From Auanema rhodensis (Eukaryota > Animalia > Nematoda): a stretch of DNA of 64,000 bases. Position 1 is the stretch's first letter; every line of letters begins with the position of its first letter. Both the position numbers and the translations under genes were made by a program. The stretch spans positions 8,308,001 through 8,372,000 of the forward strand of contig OZ059895.1 of the NCBI GenBank assembly GCA_964057225.1, written 5' to 3'. This document shows positions 24,185-38,300 of the stretch, piece after piece. A model generated the notes under the pieces. That model was not told where the DNA came from. It searched no databases and worked only from the letters and a program-made list of their open reading frames with translations.

Positions 24185-27100
24185 ATTATGAATTATGTTG
24201 TATTTATATATTATTTTTTAAAAAAATATATAAATCAACTATAAATCTCATATTCAATATATGTTTCAGAAATACTTGTTGGTTAGTCATAGAAGGATTA
24301 TCATCTTTCATAGGTTTCAAAAGGTAATGCTAAACAACTTAAAAACTTTGAAAATTTGAAAATTTTTTCAAAAACTTGAAATAATATTCAAATATTCAGA
24401 AAGGATGACACATAGATCATACCACTGTTACGTCGGATCGTCTGCGCTTCTTACGAACGCTCTGAAGAATTATAAAGATTTGAGAAAAAAATTAAAAAAT
24501 TTAGCAAATAATCTAAATAATCTAAAATAATAATTAAGAACTCTGATTATTTTTAATTTAAAAAATAAAATTTCGTTGTCGTTATGGGTACGTATTTGAA
24601 AAATTTCTTCCTATCATTTCAAATGTTAAGTTATGAGCACTACCTTTATGATACCAGCTTTCTGTTTTGAACCTTTTTTCTTCAGCTGTTGTTGCATAAA
24701 TTCATTCAAAAAACCACTGAAAATGGACTATGAGCTTAAACTTAAGTTAAAACTTCAAAACTTACCGAAAAGCATTAACACCCAACGTTGTAGGAAACGA
24801 AACTTTCTCTTCTCGACAAACTTTTGTTAATAATCCTTCAAATGTAGTAATGAGATCACGATACTTCAATACTGCCTGTTCTTCCTGAAATTTATGAAAA
24901 AAAAATTATTTTTTTGAATAAAAGAATAAAATAACCATTGATACAGCTTCATGTCCAATTAATTCCATATGAAATTGACGTAAACTTTTCTTGAAAATTG
25001 CATCAACAATAGTATCACGTTTTGTTGAATTATGATCAAGTTCAGTTTGTTTTTTGAATATAAAAACACTGAACAATCGCAAATCTTCTGTTGATTCCAC
25101 AATCATATTACCCGGATCTGTCTAAAATATTTTGGAAAAATACATAAAACATCTGATTTAAAATAATTTTTTCTTTTTTTTTAATCAAAAATGATTCATA
25201 AATGACGTCATTTCATATAACTAACCTGCTGTTTGGTATTATGCAAGTTAAATCGCCAAGGAGATGAGGGAAGTGGCGAAGTAGATTGACGACCTTTACC
25301 ATACCTGAAAAGAAAAAAAACAATTATGATGATAGCATAGTTAAGCATTTATAGCTATATCTTCAATATAATTAACTATATCAATTATACATTTAATATC
25401 AAAATTATTTTATTTTCAAATAAAATAAAATTCTTTTTTTTGTTTTTTCTTCATATTTTCAAAAAGTAAAGATGACTTACATGATGTCCCAGGGACGCTT
25501 AGGAGACTGCAAACGAGTTGGAGATGAGATCGGCGATGGCTGTTGGCATGGTATTGAATTAGCAAAGGATGAGCATTCTTTATGAAAACACATTTTACAT
25601 CCTGAATATACAATATATAGATTGAAAGAAAAAAAGTTTTGAATTAATAAAAAAGGTTTTAGAAAAAGTTTGAAACTTACTTGAGCATTTGTATACCTGT
25701 GAGATGAATCCAGTTAAATGACGATTACATAATACACAAACTTCTTGACGATGAAGACGTGACATCTTGAATTGATGTTCACGTCGATGTTCAACTACTA
25801 ATTCATTACTAAAATAATGAAATTAGTTAGAACTTGAGTTATAAACTTGATTATACCTTGTACAAGGTTCTTGCTCTTCTAATTCATCATTAGCACTATC
25901 ACTACGCCTTCCAAACAAAGCTTTAAGATTCCGTTTAGCTTTCGTAAAACCTAAACGGCTACCCGTCTTCTTCTTAGTGACTTCATTTGATAGTTGCTGA
26001 ATAGTAGTTTTTATTATTAATTATATCATAATTTTATTATATATAATACTTGTAATTGTTTGAAGCTTTCTTCTGATCGTGGAAGTTGATTGCTCTCTGT
26101 GCTATTAGCTCGACGCATCATCTTTAACTTTGTCGTAGAAGCTGTAGCAGCTAACGATTGTCTCCGATGGAATGAAGGATCAGGAACATCGCTATAATTT
26201 GTTATTTTCTCTCACAAATTTTTTTTTTTTAATAAAAAAAGACATACTTGACTAGTTTTAGACGAGCATCTTCTAAGATGAATGTAGCATCAAGCTCAAT
26301 TGCGTCGTCATCTCTGAATTCATTTTATATGATTTGAAACTTTAGTTTAAACTTACTCTTGAAGTTCATGATCACCTAATACACTACCTTCAGTAACATC
26401 TTCATCTAAACCATCTTCAGATGATAATTCACTGAAATTCAATAAAAGGTTAATGTTTAAACAACTTAATTCCAACCTATCTAAGTCATCATCTGATGCA
26501 GCAAATGCTGATAATGATTCAGGATCATTCAAATCAAACTTATTCAATTGAATAGCTTGAACACGTTGAGGTCGGAATGTTGGTTGTCCTATCTTCGGTA
26601 TGTCTCCTAAACGCTTCCGAGCTTCAGTTCCACGATATGCTGATTGAATGGCCAAGATAGTTCGTCGAATAAGCTGATAACGATTTTCGTCTTGATATCT
26701 AAACTTGAAGCTTTCAGACTGATTAAGATTATTATATAGTATACCGTCTCCAGTTCGATTGTATAACTAAGGCGGCATATGCTTGACGTCGAACATGATT
26801 TCTAGCCAAAGCGCCTCGAACCAAAGCCTATAATAAGAAGAATAATGATAATTTGAATACAACTTGAGCAGTTTACTTGAATCTTGACGATACCCTGTTT
26901 CAGCTTGAGATATCGTTTTCGAGCAATAACAGTTCTGAACCAACGTTGCAGGGTGCCTGGAGAAAAGAGTATACTGATAACAGCTGTTCTACATCTTGCC
27001 ATGAAGAAAATATACTTATGTGTTGCATAATAGTCCTGTGAAGATGGTCGTCCAGAATCAGCTTCTCCGCATCCCTCATGAAAATCTAAAATAAAATAAA

Positions 27101-28715
27101 ATAATTTGTATAATATATATGTATAAACATATTTAAATAATATTATATTATATATATATAGTTAATAAATATATACAAACCTTGCAAAGACCGTATTGAA
27201 TATTGGTCGATTCAATATATGGATGTGATCCAATAAATTCTTTCACATCATCCACAGTACTGTCTCGACCATTTCTTAATAGTATACGGTATTGTTGTAC
27301 AAAAATCTGAAATTAAATATATATTATAATAATTTTTAAAAACTTTGTATAACATATATTGAGTTAATCTGTTTCATTTTATTAAAATAATTACTTTAAA
27401 AACTTGAAATTAAGCTTATACCACTAAAACATATAGCTTAATCATGAACTAATATAATAATAATATATTTAATAATTAAAAATGAAATAAATTATAATTA
27501 AGAATAGAAAAAGAAGAAAAACAACTAACACTATATTCAATTCGAACACTGTAGCCGGCACGTCGAATACGAACAGTTTCTAACATTCCTGTGTACCGCA
27601 ATTGACGTAATATGATATTATCATCAAAATGATTAGGAATCTATAATAATTATAATAATTAATATAACTATATGATATAGTTAAATATTACTTTATCATT
27701 ATTACTTTTGATACAACGAATGAAATATGGAGTAGCATGACCAAGAGTACTCATCAATCGACTTAATGAATATTCAAATTGTTTCGAAACACTAGCTGGT
27801 TTTTTTGACAATGGCTTCTTTCCAATTGTTTCTTTCAATATCTAAAGATTAAAATAATTATTTTTTTATTTCATTTTATTAAAATTTACTTGGAGGCTTT
27901 TCAAGTTGCTCATCTTATCTTCTACACGACCAGCTGGTGTACGTCGAGCTTGATTAACAATAGTATCAAACATGCTGGTATCACAGAAATCAGGTAAATC
28001 AATATGTAAATCTCCTCGTAGAAAAGCTGATAAAGCTGAATCTGAACCTCTACGTGGTGCTATTACAGTTTCTGTGACACGTAAATGACCAGCTGATTCT
28101 AGAACATAACATCAAATTTTGAAAGATTAAGTTGAAGTTCTGTGACACTTACCGCTTCGTTGTAAACGTTTACCAGATTGCTTGAAAGCTTGTACTGCTC
28201 GGAAGACTGTACGCAACAAGCTCCATCTAAATAAAATCTTAACTATATGGAATAATTAAACTAATTACCGATATGTTGCTACAGGATCCGTTCCTAATAG
28301 AGCTTTCATTAAAGCTATACGACTTGTTTTCAAAGTATTCAAAACATCAACGCGCATCAAATCTTTATTTTTTTCTCGAAAACCCTAAAATATTAATAAT
28401 AATAATAAAATAAAATATTTTAAAATAATCTACCGTAATCTGATATTTGACTTTTCCAGCATAATGAGCAACAATAAATGCAGGTTCTTTACGTTGTGGT
28501 GTTTCATAATATTCATTTGTCTAAAAAAAAACAAAATAATATAATATATTAACTATACTAATTATATGTAAATACTTTGAGAAATTGATTAAGTTTAGCC
28601 AACATTGAATCATCTGTACCATTATTAATATTACTTTCTTCATCTATTAAGCGTAATATACCATATGGTTTACTCTGAAAATAAGAAAATTTATTTCTCT
28701 CTCTATCTATGTCTA

Positions 28716-28749
<34 letters not shown>

Positions 28750-31742
28750 TTCTTTTTTTTCTGTTTGCATAGTTAAGACTTACTTGAAACAGTTGAACAC
28801 ATTCTGTATTATCAGTATATTCAATATTTGTCCATGAGATCCCTTCTTTCAAATATTCTTCCTATATATATATAAATTATTTTATTTTTTAATAATAATT
28901 ATAAAATCAAGTAACCTGTTCAAATTGGAAAATATGTTGGTTAAAGTATGCTTGTAAATGCTCATTTGCATAATTAATACAAAGTTGTTCAAACGAATTC
29001 CATTGAGCTCCAACATCTTCAAATCCAAATATGTCAAGAATTCCTTAAAATATAAATTATAATAATAATAATAATAATTGTTATTTATACCAATATAATA
29101 TCCTTTTGATCCAGCTTCTTTTTTGAGTAATGCTTGATTAATACGTAAAACAATCCAATGAAATAAAGCATTATATAAGCATTTAGCCATTGCATCTCTT
29201 GTATTTGTAGCCTAAAATAAAGAAAAAAAAGATATTTATAATCAATATTTCTTTAATTATATTATTTATTTATTTATAAAAACTTACTTCAACAACACTA
29301 TAACGGGTAACAACTGTTTCAGTTTTCATAACATGTCGTTTCATTGTTAAAGCCTTAATTATGTGATAAAATATTTTTTTTTAAAATATATAAATACTTG
29401 TAATAATAAATCTTTTTTGATATTTAATAGTAAAGCTATTAAATCCACAATTTCTTCATTTTCAATATAAGCATTCTCATCACTATGATAGCCATGTCTC
29501 TGAAAGTAGAATAAAAAAGTAAATTTAAAAAATATTATAAACTATATACATATAGTTAATATAATTAATATAATACCTTTATATATGTTATATTACCAAG
29601 TAATAAAACTGCTGATATTATAGCAAATATGGTATGTTGAGTATGTTGATTAAATCCAACACTATTCATGGAATGTCGTAAACGATCAAATTCATATCTT
29701 TCATCAACACCTTCAGGAGAAAATGGCTCATTCTATTATAAAATTATATTTTAAAATAAAATAAATTATAATTAATATTAACTTGATTCAAGTAATGATA
29801 ATCATTTGGTTTCATTAGATAATATGCTGCTCGTTGTTCTTCAGTAGCACCTTCTAGTAAATAATAGAATACATGATAATTTCTATAAAACATATAATTA
29901 TTTTTAATTTTAATTTTAATTTATAAAAAAAATATTTATTACCGTTCACCCTTAGCTTGAGATATAATACGTGATTTTTCTAATAAATATATCTCAACAT
30001 TCGCTCTAAATAAATAAAAAAATAATAATTAAGTTATAATTAATTATAAATAATCTTACCCTGATACCATACCATTTTCTCGATAATTAATTTTAATAAA
30101 TTTACCAAAACGACTACTATTATTGTTTTGAAGTGTTACAGCATTACCAAAAGCCTTAAAAATATTTAAGAATTCATTTGAAAAAAAAAAAAAGATTTTA
30201 TTACCTCAAGCACTGGACCAGCACTAAGAAGTATTTGATCAGCAGTACATCCACTACTTCCTTTTTGACTTAACGTTGTCAAATGTGAAATCAGATGATT
30301 TGTTGATTCTGTTTTTCCTGAACCACTTTCTCCACTAATAACAACACATTGATTTTCTTTTATACGTAACATACTAAAAATGAAAAAGTTTTAGTTTAAG
30401 TTTTGTTTGTTCTCTTATTACTTATGATATGTAACATCAGCAATAGCAAAGATGTGTGGTGGTAAAGCACCCAATCGTCTACTTTGACAATACAAACGAG
30501 CATATTTAGGATTATAGATTGGAAAAAAGCTGAAATTATTATATATTTTTGTATAAAAGTAATAATATTTATGAACCTAAATGGATTAACAGCCACTAAA
30601 ATAGGTCCAATATAAGTGTATATGTGACCGGAATTAAAGCGATCACGTAAATTATCTAGAAGTGTTTGTTCAGTTAATTCAGGAAGCATACATAAATCTG
30701 CATATTCTCTATCCTATAATATATATTTCTTTTAATATATAAATCTTTATTTTAGTGTAGAAAACCTGAGGTTGTGTAAGAAATTTTGCGAGAAATGCAT
30801 CAATTGTACTTGCCGCTTCAGCTGATCCAAACCGCGTACCACCAGCTGAAGCACGTGAACCTTTGTGTCTAAAAAAAATTTTTTTTTTCGCTTCTCGCTA
30901 GTTCTTCAGTTTTCTAAGAAAATTTGAAAGTTAAATGATGATTCATACCTAAAAACAAAACGATTTTTAGGAGAAGATTCATCAGCTGATGGTAGTCGAC
31001 TCCAAATTAATTGAACAGCTACCGGATATTCACCTCGATCTAATCGTCGTTCCTAAAATCAAAATTTTTTATTTTTTTAATTTATTTGATATAAATTAAT
31101 TTATAAAAAGAAAAATATATAACATATGTATATACCTTATACATTTGTCCGTCAGGTGTTCCCATCATTTCAAATAAATCATAATCATCAGCTGATTGTC
31201 CAGTAAACTCTTAAATTTAATAAAATTATGTAAAATTACATATACAAGTATTTATTTATAAGTTTATAATAAATTAACAATTATTTAAAATTATTATTAC
31301 CATCTTTTAGCTGAATAACTCTTTCAATAAGCTCTTCTGTTGTGGATCGTTTATGAAATTCAATTGATAATCGATCAGCTTCATTTTCAGGATTAAAACA
31401 ATGTAAATATACCTTAAAAGAAGAATTTATTATTTTTTAAAGAGAATATTTATAAATAAAAACTTAAACAAACAAATATTTTATTTAAAATTGATATATT
31501 AATTGCTAAATAAGATCTGAATTTGTTGTAAAGAGAATAGAAAATCATTTTGGATTTGCTCAAAATTGATTGATATGAGTGCATGCAATCATAATCAAAA
31601 CAATTTATGTTTTAAAACAAGTTGAAGATAAAGAAATACATACCGTAACTACATAATTGTGAGCTTCATCTGGTGCTGTGATGGTGTGTGCTCTGCGAGG
31701 AAAACAGCCTGTGGCTCCAGAAGATATTGAATCAAACGACAT
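22150..31742 (-). CDS. hum-7: Class IX unconventional myosin (RA domain, motor, IQ motifs, two C1 domains, RhoGAP); about 40 exons
   Basis: Start [17 protein letters not shown] at 31742; [15 protein letters not shown]-loop [10 protein letters not shown], switch [11 protein letters not shown], switch II DIFGFE, IQ-like LQRWFR and IQSAYRG, C1 [27 protein letters not shown], RhoGAP EGIYRKSG and [11 protein letters not shown]; stop at 22152-22150. Confidence 0.95.
24149..24184. repeat. (CTAA)9 tetranucleotide microsatellite in a hum-7 intron
   Basis: ctaactaactaa... read directly. Confidence 0.95.
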
Positions 31743-32789
31743 CACCTCACCATTCTATTATTAACAAAGCAATCCTTTTACTATAAAAATTAAATTTAAA
31801 AAGATAAAATAATTAAAAATAAGATTTCAGAATGCCATAGTTAACGTGATAATAGATAAATACTTGATGAGAAGTAAAGTTTGATGAGTAATTTATGAAA
31901 ATATAATGAAAAGTTGAGGTAAAAATAGAAGTTGAAAGAAAAAAGAAACGCTACTGATTCATATAAATAAACAGATGATTTCAGAAGAGGATAGTTGATT
32001 GAATGAAAACTCTATATTACTATGTTGTAGTATCGATAAAGAGATATAGAGATATCAGAGAGAACATTTGAAAAATTAGTTCAAACACAGAAATCATGAG
32101 ACAATCGCAGAAAACGGGGAATGCCTTCCGGAAGAGCAGCCGTCCAGTATTATAAATCGATGAAAATTTGTACTGATTGATCGATACTGAGAAGAAAAAC
32201 GAGGCTGCTCTGTTTCATCCTATCTCCCTCAACTTCAATCCTTCAGACTTTTCTGCTTTTCTTTCGGATTTATCTTCAAAGTATTGGGTGAATTGCCTGA
32301 GGGGGAGAAGGAGGTGGAGGTGGAATGCAATGAAGAAGGCATGCGGCTGTTGCTTGAAAACTTAAAGAAAGAAGTAAAAGATGAAACGGACTCTTCGTAT
32401 AAATAACATAAAATCTATTTAGCTTGTCTTAAATCTTTTCAAACATATTGCTGATTGGAAAAGTGCCAGAATTCTCATGAAAGATCACAAATACAAGCTT
32501 ATGTGGTTGGTGTTTTTCTTTTAAATGATAATTGTTCTGTCAGCAGAAGAAAATTTGAAATTTTAAGAAAACTTAATGAAAAGTTTGTTATTGAAAGTAG
32601 TGTATATGTGTCAGATGATCAAAGTCATTTGAATGAAGAAGAATTTAAATTTAAATATTTCATATTTTAACATAAAGAAATATATTTTGTAAGATGATGA
32701 TGATGATCTTACGTCGTCATTTGTTCTCATATGCTAGTTCTTTAAATAGGTACCAGCTGTATGTAAAGTTATATGAGGGATTTAAGAAC

Positions 32790-32791
<2 letters not shown>

Positions 32792-32840
<49 letters not shown>
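32792..32840. repeat. (AG)24 microsatellite
   Basis: Direct reading of the sequence. Confidence 0.95.
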
Positions 32841-32848
<8 letters not shown>

Positions 32849-33055
32849 AGATATAATAATTTAAAATAAAGAATTATAATAAACATAGTCTATACAAAGT
32901 AGTTAACATCTGATGAATATAACACAGATTATTGAGATATAGTCAATATTATAGTTAATATATGTTTTTTTTTTGTTAAAAGAAAAACATTAAGATCTGG
33001 TCACGGAATCTGATTCAAAAATACGTCAAAAGTAATTTCGATAACACAGTGAGTA

Positions 33056-33091
33056 TGTGTGTGTGTGTGTATGTGTGTGTGTGTGTGTGTG
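33056..33091. repeat. (TG)n microsatellite
   Basis: Direct reading; source of the spurious HTHTHT ORF. Confidence 0.9.
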
Positions 33092-33289
33092 GGTGGAGGT
33101 GAAGATGTTGGGCGATTGGTGCTGAATGAGAGAAAGAACTGAGCTACATGCTAGCTTATGTACAAGATCAGTGTGGCTGGATTGAAGATATTGATTATGA
33201 ACGATGACAAGAAACATACAATCAATGATAACCATTTGAGCTTAAAGATAAAAATTTTTGATTTTTGGCAAAATGCCGAATGTTAAAGT

Positions 33290-33400
33290 GTTGAATTGGC
33301 TCACGTGGTCACGCAGCCGATATATTGGAACCAAGCTATCGTTAAGCACCTGAGAAAGAGCCGCGCCCGGTTTTTGCTGCTCATAGAGGAGAAGGCGTGA
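33290..33400. promoter_or_regulatory. Candidate promoter patch between divergent hum-7 and DIPK1 (E-box TCACGTGG, GC-rich GCCGCGCCCGG)
   Basis: Locally GC-rich island with CACGTG at 33302-33307 between two divergently transcribed genes. Confidence 0.3.
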
Positions 33401-35340
33401 AATCGAAGAGAAAAATCCTCTCTATCCTCTCTCTTATTTCTTCTCTCAACGTCTATTTCTCTCTATTCATCTTTGCTTTATTTCTCTATGTGCATAGAAC
33501 GTGTGTGTATGTGCGATGATGATGATGATGATGATGCAGGAAAGAGATCTTGAAATTTTCGGTTGGGAGATAGAAGGGGATATTGGCATACGAATGTGAA
33601 ATAGACAGTCTGTGATGGCAGAGCAAAACGGACGACCGATGGGGTGGGGGGTCGGTAGGAGTAGGAAAGGAGAGCAATAGAGAGCATAAGAGTGAAGAAG
33701 GTGAGTAGTGAGATGAGAAAGGTATCCAGATTCAACCGGTAGACTAAGAAAGCTAAACAGCAAAAAGCCGGTTCTTCAGATTCGGATGGAGAGCGAAGCT
33801 GAAAATATTCGTCTTCATAATCATATATATTTGTCTCTTTGCATACTTTGGCACAAATATTGTTTAAGCTCTATAAGGTAGATTTTCCATTGTTGAGAAT
33901 ACACTAACATAATGATTTCCAAATCGGATTTATCGTCAAAGAATTTTATTGGCTACTACATTAGACGGATCAATCAAACTTTCTTCTTCAATCAACAGCA
34001 AAATTCAAATGTTTGTTCGCTTAATCGAAGGGCTACGAGAAATCTGTGAAGACGTTTAGTGACGATACGGCCATGTGATGTTGAAGATGATGAGAACCGT
34101 TAATGACGGCTGAAGAAGTACACAGACCACCCAATAGCAGACTCATAGTAAACAGGAACGATAAGATTCATCATCAGTTATCATATGTGGGTTTCACTTA
34201 CATCATGTGTGAAAAAATGCCAAATAAAAAATATTTATAACGGAAGTGAATATTTTCATCAATAGGGATTTCATGTTATCTTTCATATACTAAGGAATTT
34301 TAATCATAAATATATATTTCTGACGTAAATAAATTCGTACTAGTGAACTAATGAAAACTTTAATTGACACATACTCAGCATTAATTTGCTCAAAGCTTAA
34401 TGCCAGGTGTCATGTATCTCACGTGGATATTTCCACGCCAACACGTTCATGATCATTTTCAATAGCCTGAATGCTTTGAACGGTTGATTATCCTGATAAA
34501 ACAGGAATCTTACTAGTTTCATCTTCAAAACTTTATTAATTATTATTTACGTATCCATTTTTAAGTAGTCATTAATCTACTTAATTTCTTGTCTCCTCAA
34601 ATTATTTAAATTATGAATCATCAGATCAAAATTAAATGCAATATTTCATTTTGTGAAACCTTTTGAGCATATACGAAAGCTAGCTACGGTTTATTTCATA
34701 GAAAGAAAAAGTGGAAATATTTTAATTCATTGTTGTTAATTCCATTTAATATTGTGCTTGTTAAATTCTCGTAAATAAAATACAATTGATTTATATAAAT
34801 CTATAAAAAAATTTTATTATTGAATTAGCTGTTTACAAATTCTCAAATCATTGTTTTCTTTTTGGTATTAATATTTTTCCGCTCCAATCTATTGCATTTT
34901 CTTTTTCATTTATTAAGATATAAGATAAATATACGAATACACGGTTGTATGAACATCATGATTGTAGTATTTCAATATACATACAAAGTGGATAGTCCGA
35001 AATCCAACCCTAATATGTTTCAAATATTAAAAGTAAATATTGTTTTAAATTTTATTCGAAAATTAAATTACATTTGATCTCATTCTTATTCCAGATGATT
35101 GTACATCAATCCTATTGCATACCCTTAACGCCAAGAGTTCATGCACAGTAGTGTGCTCTGCCGACAAACGCGCGCTCCATTCGAAGTCCGGATGAGTAAA
35201 ATCGAAATTTGATGTCCTGTTGGTTCAACTTGGCATGTATGTTGGTTTTTTCAACTTTTTTCGTAATAACTGATTTTACAAGTTTCTTTGACCTTAACAT
35301 ATTTCAGAATACCATTGAATGTAGATGAGATGGGCCTGTA

Positions 35341-38300
35341 ATGGTCGGTGTTCTTACTTACTACGACAGACAAATGGATATCTTAAACATGCCTGGTGAC
35401 CATGAAGATCGGGTGAGTTAGTTTCAATTTCTTCTTGATAGTGTTTTTGAAAATGATAGATAAGATGTAAGCGGGCAGTCATTGAAAACTGATAATATCA
35501 TAATAAACTAATAATTGGTCTTTGGGGATTCTGTTGAACTTGCAAAGAACAGAAGAAAACTATCACAGCTTGATGATTTACAACTTATTAACGATTTCTC
35601 CTCAAAAGTTGAAAGTTTTAAAGCTGGGCTGAATAGAGATCCTTTACATCGTTTCCGAAGGCTTTGTAATGTGGGATGGGGAAACACCTGAACTCTTCGG
35701 CTCGCAGTTACAAAGGTCTCCGCATATTTTAAACAAAGAGCCGATTTTATTATGTCTTTTTAGTAATTTTTCGATCTTCTTCTTTATTTACTGAAAAATG
35801 GTAGCAAATCGTGTTTGCACAAAAGCGTTCCCATTGGAATTGTTTGGTATTCTCCGATATTAGACCTCAACTTTTGCCATTGAAAATTGTGCACTTCGTT
35901 TGCAATTATTTTTGTCTCAGGTTTTTGAAAATTTCTTTACCAACCGTAAATAGACCATGTATTCGCGGAATTCTAAACGCCCTTTCCGTAGATTGATTCC
36001 TCTACGAACAGGCAAAGATTCGGTGAGTCATTTCTATATACCCCCACTCATGTTTATTAACATAAAAAAAGAAGTATAATTTATGAAAAAATAATTAATC
36101 ATCGTCTCATATTTTTTTTTAGGAGCTGAATGAAAAAATATTATGGACGGACGAGGATTGCCAAAGCCAGTAAGTGACTTATTTCTTTCCTTATTACAGC
36201 AGAAGCAGAATTTATTCTGATCTTTTGTATTATTCGTATTTTGCCAATTAGGAACTTATAATTTCATCAGAATCTTTGATCCAGTTCCTTTGGAATATTT
36301 ATGCTGATAAAAAAAATTTATTTCTCACTTGTTCTTATCTTTGTTATCTATGAACATTATCGATCATTTGCGCATTGCAACTTTAGTTCTACCCACTACC
36401 TGATGTTCGCGATGTTCCTCTTTTATTCTGTTTTACATATAATTTCTATTTGAAATATAAAAAAACTTACTTGCATTCTTAACTACTTGTACTATTCTCG
36501 GCAATTTTCTGTTTTTTCTTGTATTTTTATTTAACGTTGAAAAAAATTAATAAGGCAGGCAATTGCTGACGACGAGTCAATACTTGGAGGTCATTTCATT
36601 GTCAAATATGTTCATTCTCTAGTGATTTGGCCATACAGATTCTCTGTCTCTTGGGAGTCATTTTGACTTCTGGAATTCTTAACTTAACTTTGGCTCAGTG
36701 CTCGTTTACTCATCTGAATATTTTGATTCTCGCATCTGCTGTTCTTCATCTATATCTTTTGCTTTTGTTTTTAATATTTATATTCATTTTACTCCAAATT
36801 AGCATTAGGATTTATGTTCTTATTCAATGATTCTGCTCAGGTCTTTTTCGTTCTTTTAATGTACTCAATCTCCGTTTCTCTTAAAAGATTAATGAAGTCT
36901 ACTATTGCTTCTGTCATGTTACACTTTCCCTATCTACACTCAACTAGTCCTTTACCTCAGTTCAAAAAAAATCCTTTTCTAAGCATGTTTAGATCTTTTG
37001 ATGTTATAGTGTTGGCTTTTTTAAAATTCAGCATTTTTCTGTCGATATTCGCTAGGTCTTGACCTAATATCTTATTACATCCAGTTATATTTATAACTTT
37101 TCTCTATATCTTTCTCTTAACAACACGTATGTTTTGTTTTCATCGCTAATGCTTTGGATGGACGTCTGTTATCCATATTGTTGCCAATATATTCCTTCTT
37201 AGCGGGTACGTTTGGAGCAATTGTTATTAGGATAATGTATCTCGCTGTTCTTGGAAGGCAACAGATGATGCATATAGTCTTCGTACATATTTCTTTTGTT
37301 TATTGATTGAGTTGGAAGTTGTTGTATTATACTTGCCCCTGGTGTGTAAGGGACAAAACACGTTTTGCCTGTCACTAATATCCTGTTTGTATCATGTCTT
37401 TGCCATAGCATGCCCCTCGCTCTCTCTATTTTGATCAGTCTCTCTTCCTTTCTGCCCTCTCCCTTTTTCCATTTAGTTGGCGCCCTTTGCTCTGTTTTAA
37501 GCTCAATATATGAAAAGCTTCATGCTTTTGGCTCAAATATTGTTTTTGTCCGGTAATATTTTTCCGTTGCTATTCATAATGAGGATCACGATAAATTATT
37601 ATGCAGATTTCGTCGTTAGTTAGATATCCCTTTATATCTATTTAGAATACGAAGATATTATGTAGTAAACGAGTATGTAACCTCTTTTATGCTAAACTGA
37701 CTTTTGTTTTCTCACATTGCATCATTCATCTTGATGAAAAGTTTTTTTTTTCTTCCACTTTCGTTTTTTTGATTTTCTCATTCTAAAATAGCCTCCATTT
37801 TCGATTTAGTATTTGGGCTACTGAAATGTGAATTTACGAAAACGTTTAAACTATCATATCATGATCTATTCTTTGTATAACTTTTTCTTTATCTATGAAT
37901 TATTTTAAGCAACTGTTTAGTAAGTTCACGCTTTTTTTGAATGATATTAATATTAATCCGATGAAAAACTAGTTGTATTCATAGAAGTTTAGTTAATTTA
38001 AAATGTAGAGAACTTTTTGAATTCTTGGTTTTGCTAGTCTTCTTGAATTTGTACAAGTTTTATTGCCTTTTCTCTCCCTTTCGTGATAATCATCAACACA
38101 TCTGCTGCAGAATTGTCCTGTCTTTATCCAAAATCCCACACATATGGTCATACGTCTCTGCTGCTTTGCTTATTTTAATGGACCATCATATCGGATATCT
38201 TTTGCTATACATATATTGTAGATCAACGTGTTACTTCTTTTTTTTTTAAATCCTTTGTTTTCATAAAACTTTCTGGTGTGTCTATCTTTCTCTACACCAG

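Noticed and set aside
24050-32220. Scattered CTGTTTCA (21U-RNA Ruby core) matches
   Set aside because: Few, dispersed, some inside coding exons; no cluster, consistent with chance
33026-33763. His-rich and poly-Ile/Ser ORFs (HTHTHT, HHHHHHH)
   Set aside because: Produced by (TG)n and (GAT)n repeats; not coding
34075-34120. C/D-box-like ATGATGA...CTGA
   Set aside because: Boxes only about 25 nt apart, no clear guide or terminal stem, and ATGATGA is very common here
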